This document shows, in pieces, positions 8,183 through 15,513 of a DNA stretch of 24,000 nucleotides. The DNA is from Peptostreptococcaceae bacterium VA2 (GTDB taxonomy: Bacteria > Bacillota > Clostridia > Peptostreptococcales > Peptostreptococcaceae). Both the position numbers and the translations under genes were made by a program. The DNA lies in assembly GCA_000686145.1 (NCBI GenBank), contig JMMB01000001.1, positions 1 to 24,000 of the forward strand, given 5' to 3'. The notes under the pieces are model-generated. The model was given only the letters and a program-made list of their open reading frames with translations. It did not search any database and was not told the DNA's origin. The first letter of the stretch is position 1. The number at the start of each line of letters is the position of its first letter.

Positions 8183-8918
8183 CAACTCTGTATATCTTGA
8201 CATAGCTATACTTCAAGTTACTATTTATAGAGTTTGGCTGTCGCCACCGCGCTTTCTCTGCAATCTTTTGAGCAAAGAACACTCAAAAGGATTTTCGTTC
8301 AATCGCTAACTCAAAACCCACCCTTCTATAGTAATTTTCATATATTTTGAAAGTAAATTACTTTCTAGTTAATTTAACTGTTTATCGAAAAGATTGGCCT
8401 TCGACCCTGCCCCTCTGACTAATCTCAAAAGCACGAACACAATTCGCTCCTAAAATACTTCGCAAACATCATATTTCATATCAAGTCTGCTTTGTATATT
8501 ATCCGCTCATTTGTGTTCGTAGCTTATTTAAGATAGCCATTCACTGCCCTAAGCCCAATGCCCTGTATATTTGTTTTTGTTGGTGCATAACTCCAAATAA
8601 AGTCTATTGAGCCTTCACATTTTTAATAATAAATTTTTATTGCTACTTTAAAGGTTTATCTCTCCTATTAACTACATAAGTATAGTTAGTTAGTGCCGGC
8701 AATATAGTTTAATTGTTGGTACTACGCATTGGATAAAACCATTGCTCCGCTATCCAACGCTAGTCTATATTAGCTTTTAATAATGTATTTATCATTTATG
8801 TACATTTTAGCAACAATTATTGTTTCGTTATTTATATATGTTTAATAATTTTCTTGTCATAACTTAACAGTATTGATGCTTTTTGAGTGTTCAAAAAAAC
8901 ATCTATTTTGGTGGACCC

Positions 8919-8945
8919 TTGTCAAATAGCAACTTATGGTATAAT
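8919..8945 (+). promoter_or_regulatory. Sigma-A-like promoter for the NUDIX gene
   Basis: TTGTCA (8919-8924), 15 nt, then TGgTATAAT (8937-8945). The spacer is slightly short. Confidence 0.45.
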
Positions 8946-8992
8946 TAGACTTACAAGTTAAGTATGAAAATTAAAGAGGGGAAAGATTTGAT

Positions 8993-9442
8993 ATGATTAA
9001 TGTTGATTTTTTTAAATGGGATGAAATAAATGATAAGGATTTATTATTTGCTGTAATAGTATCAAGATTTCAACACAAATGGATTTTAGCAAAGCATAAA
9101 GATAGAGAAACTTGGGAAATTCCAGGTGGTCATAGAGAAAAAGGGGAAAAAATAAATATTACAGCATCAAGAGAACTTCAAGAAGAAACAGGAGCAAAAG
9201 AATTTAAACTTACACCCATTTGTATTTATTCAGTAACAAAAGAAGATGGTGATAAAACAAAACACCCAGTATCAACATTCGGAGGTTTATATTTTGCAGA
9301 AGTAACAGAACTTGGAGATTTACCAAATCTTGAAATCGAAGAAATTAGATTTTTTAACAACTTGCCAAATGAGTTAACTTATCCAGAAATTCAGCCTTGT
9401 TTACTTGATAAAGTAATTAAATATATTAATAATCAGCATTAA
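8993..9442 (+). CDS. NUDIX hydrolase
   Basis: Complete Nudix box GHREKGEKINITASRELQEETGA (GX5EX7REUXEEXGU). RBS AGAGGGG upstream and a terminator downstream. Confidence 0.9.
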   Translation: MINVDFFKWDEINDKDLLFAVIVSRFQHKWILAKHKDRETWEIPGGHREKGEKINITASRELQEETGAKEFKLTPICIYSVTKEDGDKTKHPVSTFGGLYFAEVTELGDLPNLEIEEIRFFNNLPNELTYPEIQPCLLDKVIKYINNQH

Positions 9443-9485
9443 AAAATATATTATCACCACTTGATAATACATGGTATATATGAGT

Positions 9486-9509
9486 TAGGAGCAAATGCTC
9501 CTATTTTTT
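9486..9509 (+). terminator. Rho-independent terminator of the NUDIX gene
   Basis: taggagc-aaat-gctccta followed by tttttt. Confidence 0.75.
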
Positions 9510-9729
9510 AAACATATATTATTGTTAACAGATTTAATCTTAAACTAAAATTTAATATATCAAACTAATACAATAAAAAGTTGTACATGAAAATAAATAT
9601 ATGTTTTCGTGTACAACTTTTTAGGTGTCATAACTTTATAATTACGATACCTTGTTTTCATATATTAGTTATAAGGTCTGCAACAATATCAAAACTCAGA
9701 ATCAAAAAACTAGTCATAAGACTAGCTTT

Positions 9730-10394
9730 TCATATTATATAAGCATCTGCAAAACCTTTATTTTTAGCCATTTGAACTTGATTTACAGCGTTGTTTTTAT
9801 CTCTGATATGCACCAATACAAACCTTATACAAGATGTCGTTATTAACTTTTTCTAACCCAAATAACTCTATTAAATTATCTCTAATTATAGAAACTACTG
9901 CTTTAATACTTGCACTAACTTTTAAATCTTTTTCAGCTTCTATTATTTGATATAAAATCAACTTCAATTAAGCTAGCTGGCATAGTTGTGTTTTTCAAAA
10001 CTGAAAGCGCCTTACTATATTTAACTCCCCTATTTCTAGAATTAAAAATCTTTGAAATATCCTCACAAACTCTCTTAGAAAAATTATTCATCTTAGTATT
10101 ACCATTGCTGTACTGCCATATTTCAACTCCTCTAACACTCTTATCCGAAGCTGAATTGATATGAATAGACAAAAAATAATCTGCCTTAAAATCATTTGCT
10201 ATCCTAGCTCTCTCACTCAATGATAAATACTTATTTTCTAGTCTTGTAAATTTAACTTCTATCTCACAATTTTTCAATAACTCATTTAACTCTTTTCCTA
10301 TAGCTAAAACCACATCTGCTTCATGTGTTTTATTTTGTCCAACCGCTCCTGAGTCATTTCCTCCATGCCCTAAATCAATAACTAATCTTTTCAT
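9730..10394 (-). pseudogene. N-acetylmuramoyl-L-alanine amidase (Amidase_3) with a C-terminal SPOR-like domain, frameshifted
   Basis: ORF 9933-10394 has GHGGNDSGAVG, SIHINS and LIEVDFISN. Downstream, in other frames, are IIEAEKDLKVSASIKAVVSIIRDNLIELFGLEKVNNDILYKVCIGAYQR and then KNNAVNQVQMAKNKGFADAYII* (SPOR-like). At least two frameshifts separate these pieces. Confidence 0.75.
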
Positions 10395-10520
10395 AAAATC
10401 CCCTTTCCACTTATTAATATTTTTTTATTAACAAATTCACTGTATTGCCTAACCACTTCATTTCCCCCACACATTACTCAAATCTATGTATAATTTAATT
10501 ATAGAATTTGGAGGGATTTT

Positions 10521-10625
10521 ATGGATAGAAAAGATATAAACGCACAATTTTTAAAAAATAAAATAGGAAAAAATAATTTTAAAATACTGCTAGATTACTT
10601 ATTACATTTAAGCACACGAAAATAG
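10521..10625 (+). CDS. Possible 34-aa small protein
   Basis: GGAGGG lies 5 nt upstream of the ATG. The sequence is MDRKDINAQFLKNKIGKNNFKILLDYLLHLSTRK* and is followed by hairpin 10623-10651. There is no other support. Confidence 0.3.
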   Translation: MDRKDINAQFLKNKIGKNNFKILLDYLLHLSTRK

Positions 10626-10656
10626 CCTGTATATTAGCTTGTACAGGCTTTATTAT

Positions 10657-11058
10657 TTATTTATTATAGTTTGTATTGAAAGCAAAGCTTTTAAGCTCTA
10701 AACCTTTAATCTCACCACTTGACCAACTATCATTTACTTTATCTTCTTTTTCATTCATACTAGTAGTTTTTTTACTGGATCTTGTGCTCTTGCTCTTAAT
10801 TTTTTGAGTATTAATCTTTTTCTCATGAGCCTTTTCTTTCTTTGCTTGTTTTTGTTTATATTCTTCAAACTTTAAAACCCCAAAATTTTTAATCATAGCT
10901 TGCTCTGTAATAATCCAAGTTGTCCCTATTTTTTTAATATCCTCATCAATAACAAACTTACCACGAGCCACCTTTTTTCTTAAACAAGAAGCATCTATGC
11001 CATATATTTCTTCTATATCTAAAAACGTATACAACCCTTTAAAATTCCCAATTGCCAT
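10657..11058 (-). CDS. HTH DNA-binding protein with a lysine-rich tail
   Basis: 133-aa ORF. The N-terminus LDIEEIYGIDASCLRKKVARGKF....IKKIGTTWIITEQAM is an excisionase/MerR-like small HTH. The C-terminal half is K/S-rich. Confidence 0.65.
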   Translation of the reverse strand: MAIGNFKGLYTFLDIEEIYGIDASCLRKKVARGKFVIDEDIKKIGTTWIITEQAMIKNFGVLKFEEYKQKQAKKEKAHEKKINTQKIKSKSTRSSKKTTSMNEKEDKVNDSWSSGEIKGLELKSFAFNTNYNK

Positions 11059-11123
11059 AACATTTCCCCCTTAAAACTTCTATGCTTTATATATTCTACA
11101 TAACAAAATAAATCCATTTTTAT

Positions 11124-11230
11124 TTTCACGCAAACGTGACAAATTAAGGCTTGATCATAAAAAATAATGTCACGTTTACGGGACATTACTTTTATATTTA
11201 TTAGTTTTTAAATGTCCTGTTTGCGTGACA
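11124..11230. promoter_or_regulatory. Three copies of an 18-bp palindromic operator TGTCAC-N6-GTGACA upstream of 10657-11058
   Basis: 11124-11141 (reverse complement TGTCACGTTTGCGTGAAA), 11168-11185 (TGTCACGTTTACGGGACA) and 11213-11230 (TGTCCTGTTTGCGTGACA). Centres are ~44-45 bp apart. Confidence 0.65.
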
Positions 11231-11269
11231 TTTAGATATTTTAAATAAATCTAATTCTTTTTATAAAAT

Positions 11270-12100
11270 ACTTTCTTAAAAGCTAGATAGACCAGCATTT
11301 GATAACGGAGCAATGGTTTTATCCAATGCGAAATACCAAGTTAGAAACTTTATACCGACACCAAATAACTCTACTCATTTAGTAAATTAAAAATATAAAC
11401 TTAAAAATATTTACACGATAAATTATCAAAAACGTGGAGGTCCATAAACTATTAATGGAAAAAAATCTAAAAACTAAACACACAGGGCATTGGGCGAAGG
11501 GGCAGTGAATGGCTATGCTCAAAAGCTACGAACACATGCGAGCGGATAATATACGAAGCAGACTTGATATGAAATATGATGTTTGCGAAGTATTTTAGTA
11601 GTGAGTAGTGTGAGTGCGTTGAGTATTAGTCAGAGGGGCATGGCCGAAGGCCAATCTTTCTGATAACCAATAAAACTAATTAGAAACCAACTTACTTAAA
11701 ACCTAAATAAAACTTTAGATTTAAAAATGGTTTTGAGTTAGCGATTGAACGAAAATCCTTTTTAGCGCACTTTGCTAAAAAGATTGAAGAGAAAGCGCGG
11801 TGGCGAAGCCAAACTCCCAAAGTATCAATATTAGGTATAGCAACTATAATATCCATATAATCAACGAATTAAATTATATAAAAAAATTATTATTAAAGTC
11901 TCAAGTACCTCAAATCCAAAAGCTAAATCTAATCAAAAAACTTATAAATAACCAATGCACCAGGTCTTTAGTCTGGCATCACAGTTTATAGCGGTTCTTA
12001 GCTATTATCTGTGAGGTCAGACTCGACCCCAAAGCTTTTGACCCCAGCATATAAATAGAGATAGTTGAGGTAGGAGCGCTCTTTGCTCCTTCGTCAACTA
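11270..12100 (+). ncRNA. Copy B of the large non-coding paralog pair (candidate structured RNA; strand inferred)
   Basis: Mirror of 7879-8786. A -10-like TATAAAAT lies at 11262-11269. The terminal stem-loop at 12061-12101 is followed by cacccttttt. The only ORF (11800-11991) falls in a spacer that copy A does not conserve. Confidence 0.45.
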
Positions 12101-12253
12101 TCACCCTTTTTAAATAATCTTTAAATGTGTTTTTAGAGAATAGTATTTCTTAGCGATGCCCACGAAAATATCTGTTTTAGTGGACATATTAATATTTTAA
12201 ATATGATATAATTTAAATATTATATTCGATTAATTTGATAATAGGGGGAGCAT

Positions 12254-12871
12254 ATGATTGATAATACTATTTATTTAATAGGTCAATTAATAAATACAAT
12301 AGCTCAAATTGTATTATTTAGCAGTATTCCATTTTTATGGTATATTATTTCAAAAAGAAGTTTTAAGGGAGTATTTAAATATTTAGGGTTAAAAAATACT
12401 AATAAACAAAATTATTTTCAAGCTTTAAAAATAACTAGTTTAGCATATATTTTTTCATTCTCTATTATAGTTATCCTTAAGTTAATTCAAGGAGGAATGT
12501 CTTTAAATCCTTTAGACGGTTCATATGATAGAGGACTTATTATTTTTACTATATCTTTAGTTCTATTTGGCATAAAGGCTGGTCTTAGTGAAGAGATACT
12601 TTTTAGAGGATTTTTAGGAAAAAGGTTAATATGTAAGTTTGGATTTTTAAAAGGAAATTTATTGCAAACTGGAATTTTTATACTTCCTCATGTATTTACA
12701 TTTGGAAAATCGCCTACTTTAGAAGTGATTTTTGGGCTTATAAACGCCGCTATTATAGGATATGTATTTGGATATATTATGGATAAGAAATCAAATGGAA
12801 GTATTTTGCCAATTATAATTTGTCATGGAGTTGTAAACATTACTTCATCAATTATAATAAATATTATATAA
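12254..12871 (+). CDS. CPBP family intramembrane glutamic endopeptidase (CAAX protease / Abi-type)
   Basis: Multi-TM protein with motif 1 SEEILFRGF, motif 2 FILPHV and motif 3 ICHGVVN. RBS GGGGGAG. Confidence 0.85.
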   Translation: MIDNTIYLIGQLINTIAQIVLFSSIPFLWYIISKRSFKGVFKYLGLKNTNKQNYFQALKITSLAYIFSFSIIVILKLIQGGMSLNPLDGSYDRGLIIFTISLVLFGIKAGLSEEILFRGFLGKRLICKFGFLKGNLLQTGIFILPHVFTFGKSPTLEVIFGLINAAIIGYVFGYIMDKKSNGSILPIIICHGVVNITSSIIINII

Positions 12872-12920
12872 AAATAATCATATGTTAACCTATGATTATA
12901 AAAAATAGTACTTATTTAGT

Positions 12921-12948
12921 GTTCAAAAAAACATATGTTTTTCTGAAC
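12921..12948. terminator. Bidirectional terminator between convergent genes
   Basis: gttcaaaaaaacat/atgtttttctgaac, a near-perfect palindrome. Confidence 0.6.
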
Positions 12949-12967
12949 TCAAAATGTACTAAATAAA

Positions 12968-13168
12968 TTACTTAATTTTATCTACCTTATCAAAATATAT
13001 TGAAATCTCACCACACTTTGGACAAACACTAGCCTTTACCTTACCCTTTGTATTTGAAAAAACTCCACTTCCTTTTCCCAGCACTACTGATGCGTAAGCT
13101 GTGAAATTTTCAGTCTTTAACATATAATCTTCAATCATAACTTCATCACATCTTAAACACTTTCTCAT
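12968..13168 (-). CDS. Small zinc-ribbon protein
   Basis: 66 aa with CxxC (CLRC) at the N-terminus and CPKC near the C-terminus. RBS AGAGGGGG. Confidence 0.7.
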   Translation of the reverse strand: MRKCLRCDEVMIEDYMLKTENFTAYASVVLGKGSGVFSNTKGKVKASVCPKCGEISIYFDKVDKIK

Positions 13169-13285
13169 ACTATATCCCCCTCTTTTTAGTTTTTATAATA
13201 AAAATATAGTTCATCAAGATCTAAAAATCTATATTAGATTTTAATTTAACAGTTCTTTAAACAAGTTTTTAGAGATTAGTTAACT

Positions 13286-13637
13286 AGGCCAACTTGCGTT
13301 TTTCTCGAATTTTTTAATCAAAGTTAGTTGAAATCATTGATACTACTACGTTTAATTAAAACCTCAATTTTCTGTTTGAAACTTTTAATTTTAACCAGAT
13401 ATTTAGGTCTATATTTATTTAAAATAAATTATACCAAGGTCTAAAAATACAGTTTGTAGGCATTGTTTGACCTTGAATTTGATATATTTTAAGAGTCAAT
13501 AATATCCTAACTTTATTGACCATTTGTTTATTTAGATATAAAAAAAGAATCTATCTTATTAAATTGATACATTCATTGGTATTACTAAGGTTGAATATAG
13601 TTTGATCAAAAATTTCGGAAAAAACGCAGGTTGGCCT
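13286..13637. mobile_element. MITE-like non-coding element with 37-bp terminal inverted repeats
   Basis: 13286-13322 (aggccaacttgcgtttttctcgaattttttaatcaaa) against the reverse complement of 13601-13637 gives 32/37 matches. There is no ORF inside. A partial third copy of the repeat (aacctgcgttttttacgaaa, 19/20) lies at 2327-2346. Confidence 0.5.
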
Positions 13638-13683
13638 ATATGTATATGATATAATATTATAATATTATATCATATACATATAG
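13636..13683. repeat. Perfect 48-bp palindrome directly upstream of the RBS of 13695-13904
   Basis: ctatatgtatatgatataatatta|taatattatatcatatacatatag, verified base by base. It carries TGATATAAT (an extended -10-like sequence) on both strands. Confidence 0.95.
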
Positions 13684-13694
13684 GTGGGTAAATT

Positions 13695-13904
13695 ATGAAA
13701 AAAGCTAAAAAATTCTTTGATAAACATAAAAAACTATCTTATTTAGGAAATTTTATTATAAGTTTATTAGGCATAACCATTTTTCCATATCTGTTTATGC
13801 CTAATTTTAAGGGTTTTATATTAGGTTTAATTTTAACCATAATAGTACTAAACATATTAGGATTAAGATGGGGACCATTATTATTTAAACCAAAAAATAA
13901 TTAA
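13695..13904 (+). CDS. Small two-TM membrane protein
   Basis: 69 aa with RBS AGGTGGG and two hydrophobic helices. Confidence 0.6.
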   Translation: MKKAKKFFDKHKKLSYLGNFIISLLGITIFPYLFMPNFKGFILGLILTIIVLNILGLRWGPLLFKPKNN

Positions 13905-14006
13905 CGTCTTAATGTGAATATTGGGGGAGGACCATATCCGTCAATCTAAAAGGTAAGTAGTCCTAAAATTGCCGTTTAGGAACTAGTTATTATTTAAAAT
14001 AAAAGT

Positions 14007-14046
14007 AATGCCCTTAAAATCCAAGTAAATGGATTTTAAGGGCATT
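14007..14046 (+). terminator. Rho-independent terminator
   Basis: 17-bp stem aatgcccttaaaatcca/tggattttaagggcatt followed by ttta. Confidence 0.75.
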
Positions 14047-14129
14047 TTTACTAGATACCTTTAAATAAGTTTTTAGGGATTAGTTATATTAAAACTAGTG
14101 TTTTCAACACCTGTAATATATAAATAAAC

Positions 14130-14172
14130 AAAGAAAGGGCAAACTTAATTTTGTTAAGTTCGCCCTTTCTTT
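14130..14172. terminator. Strong hairpin (bidirectional terminator-like)
   Basis: aaagaaagggcaaacttaa / ttaagttcgccctttcttt with one mismatch, flanked by A/T runs. Confidence 0.6.
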
Positions 14173-14310
14173 ATTTTATTAACTTACAAAGCTATATCCT
14201 TAATTTTTTCATAAAAAATATTCCACAAAAATAATACTCAACTATATTTTAGGACTTAACACAACCCTCCTACTACAATGAAATTAATCAAAACAAAAGG
14301 AGGTACTAAA

Positions 14311-14553
14311 ATGCCAGAATTAAAATTAGCTGATGATGTAGTAGAAATTAAAAACCAATCATCATTAAAAATCAAATATGACTGTGGTTTAGATGATAAC
14401 CAAAAAGTAATAACAAAAACAAGAAGTTATTCAAATGTGAAAGCTGGTGCAAAACCACTTGATGTATTCAACGTAGCTGAGACATTAATATCACTTCAAA
14501 AACACGACAAGTTATCAGTAATGAAACAAGATAACACAGAATTAGCTTTATAA
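14311..14553 (+). CDS. DUF1659-like small protein
   Basis: The ATG at 14311 follows AAAGGAGG. The sequence LKIKYDCGLDDNQKVITKTRSYSNVK...A.DVFNVAETLISLQ, and the pairing with the next two genes, is the Firmicute DUF1659-DUF2922-YvrJ arrangement as I recall it. Confidence 0.65.
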   Translation: MPELKLADDVVEIKNQSSLKIKYDCGLDDNQKVITKTRSYSNVKAGAKPLDVFNVAETLISLQKHDKLSVMKQDNTELAL

Positions 14554-14575
14554 AAAAACAAAGGAGGAATAAAAA

Positions 14576-14809
14576 ATGGAAAACTTAGAAACTAAACTTT
14601 TAATGACATTCTCAACAGACTTTGGAAAAAAGGTCAGCTTATTTGTAACAGATCCAAGACAAGACTTAACAGAAGCAGAAATAAAAGCTGCAATGGATAT
14701 AATAGTTCAAAAGAATATATTTGCACCAGGTGGAGAAGATTTAAAAACTCCAATAGAAGCAAAACTAGTTCAAACAGAAACTACAGAATATGACCTTGCA
14801 GTTGCGTAA
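14576..14809 (+). CDS. DUF2922-like small protein
   Basis: RBS AAAGGAGG. The sequence is LLMTFSTDFGKKVSLFVTDPRQDLTEAEIKAAMDIIVQKNIF. Confidence 0.65.
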   Translation: MENLETKLLMTFSTDFGKKVSLFVTDPRQDLTEAEIKAAMDIIVQKNIFAPGGEDLKTPIEAKLVQTETTEYDLAVA

Positions 14810-14893
14810 CACATGGAACACTTAAGAAATGTCCCTCTAAGCGCCGGAGGGGCTTTCTTAGCATATTTATAGGTTAATAGGAGGAATAAGTCA

Positions 14894-15049
14894 ATGGAAT
14901 TAGATTTAATGCAACTCGTGGCTAATTTGGGGTTTCCAGCAATAGTTACAATGTATCTATTGGTACGTATCGAAGGGAAACTAGATGGCCTAAGTTCAAG
15001 TATCAACTCTTTAAGCTCAAATATTAATGAATTAAATAATAAAAAGTAA
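14894..15049 (+). CDS. YvrJ family small membrane protein (absent from the ORF track)
   Basis: 51 aa: MELDLMQLVANLGFPAIVTMYLLVRIEGKLDGLSSSINSLSSNINELNNKK. RBS AGGAGGAA. The motif GFP..V..YLL.R.E.KLD is typical of YvrJ proteins. Confidence 0.65.
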   Translation: MELDLMQLVANLGFPAIVTMYLLVRIEGKLDGLSSSINSLSSNINELNNKK

Positions 15050-15085
15050 AAAGCCGCCTACCCATAATTTGGATAAGTGGCTTTT
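15049..15085 (+). terminator. Rho-independent terminator after the yvrJ-like gene
   Basis: aaaagccgc...gtggctttt stem (with one G.U pair) followed by a T-run. Confidence 0.55.
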
Positions 15086-15153
15086 TATTTAAAAAACTAG
15101 AACTCACTGAAAAACCATAATACCTTTTTAAATCAACATCTGTCAATTAAGTA

Positions 15154-15417
15154 TTAAGCACTTTTTTTCTGTTTATTTATAATAGATCTTATATAACTTT
15201 CAGACATATTGTATTTAATAGCTAGTTCTTTATGGTTAAAACCATTATACTCAGCCATAATTTCTCTGTCACGAACCCCTTTATATATCATCTTTTCCGT
15301 AGGAAAATACACAGATGTCCCTCCAAATTCTTTGAATAATAACTTAGCTCTCTCTATTCCAAGCTCTTGTGCTATATTTTCAAATTGTGGAGGTAAGTCA
15401 CTTAGTTTTAATTTCAT
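15154..15417 (-). CDS. Mor-family-like transcriptional activator (small HTH)
   Basis: The ATG at 15417 lies 6 nt after AGGAGGTG. The sequence FGGTSVYFPT......RDREI..EYNG.NHKELAIKYNMSESYIRSII matches the Mor/CD3324-like pattern. Confidence 0.6.
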   Translation of the reverse strand: MKLKLSDLPPQFENIAQELGIERAKLLFKEFGGTSVYFPTEKMIYKGVRDREIMAEYNGFNHKELAIKYNMSESYIRSIINKQKKSA

Positions 15418-15513
15418 ATAAAACACCTCCTATAAACTTATTTATAGTTGATATTCTACAAATATTATATTTAACCTACTAAAATACTTAATTTTTAATA
15501 ATATTTTCTAATT

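Larger units (their letters stand above)
7879..8786 (-). ncRNA. Copy A of a large non-coding paralog pair (candidate structured RNA; strand inferred)
   Basis: Reverse-complement homolog of 11270-12100. It has four GC-enriched conserved islands separated by unrelated AT-rich spacers and shares no ORF with copy B. Compensatory and G.U-compatible differences favour minus-strand transcription. A -10-like GATAAAT lies at 8787-8793 (minus). Confidence 0.45.

Noticed and set aside
9652-9846. Track ORF 9652-9846 (plus strand)
   Set aside because: It is antisense to the SPOR-like 3' portion of the frameshifted amidase. The minus strand gives recognisable domain sequence there.
11800-11991. Track ORF 11800-11991 inside repeat copy B
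   Set aside because: It lies mostly in a spacer that copy A does not conserve and has no RBS. The conserved islands show no codon-like substitution pattern.
7879-12100. The inverted paralogs as IS elements (composite transposon) or as rRNA, tRNA or group II intron fragments
   Set aside because: There is no transposase or RT/maturase ORF in either copy. I found no recognisable group II 5' GUGYG or domain V, no tRNA cloverleaf and no rRNA-like stretches. Conservation is island-wise with compensatory changes instead. A degenerate unknown IS cannot be fully excluded without searches.
13921-13995. A possible riboswitch or leader structure after 13695-13904 (gggggaggaccatatccg...)
   Set aside because: Only a short aggac/gtcct pairing is visible and no known riboswitch core is recognisable. 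It lies downstream of a gene rather than in a 5' leader.
12119-14086. CRISPR array suggested by GTTTTTAGAG-containing repeats
   Set aside because: There are only three copies, 0.8-1.1 kb apart, with genes between them. There is no regular repeat-spacer periodicity and no cas genes.
14770-15006. Track ORF 14770-15006 (minus strand)
   Set aside because: It is antisense to the 3' end of the DUF2922-like gene and to the well-supported YvrJ-like ORF 14894-15049.
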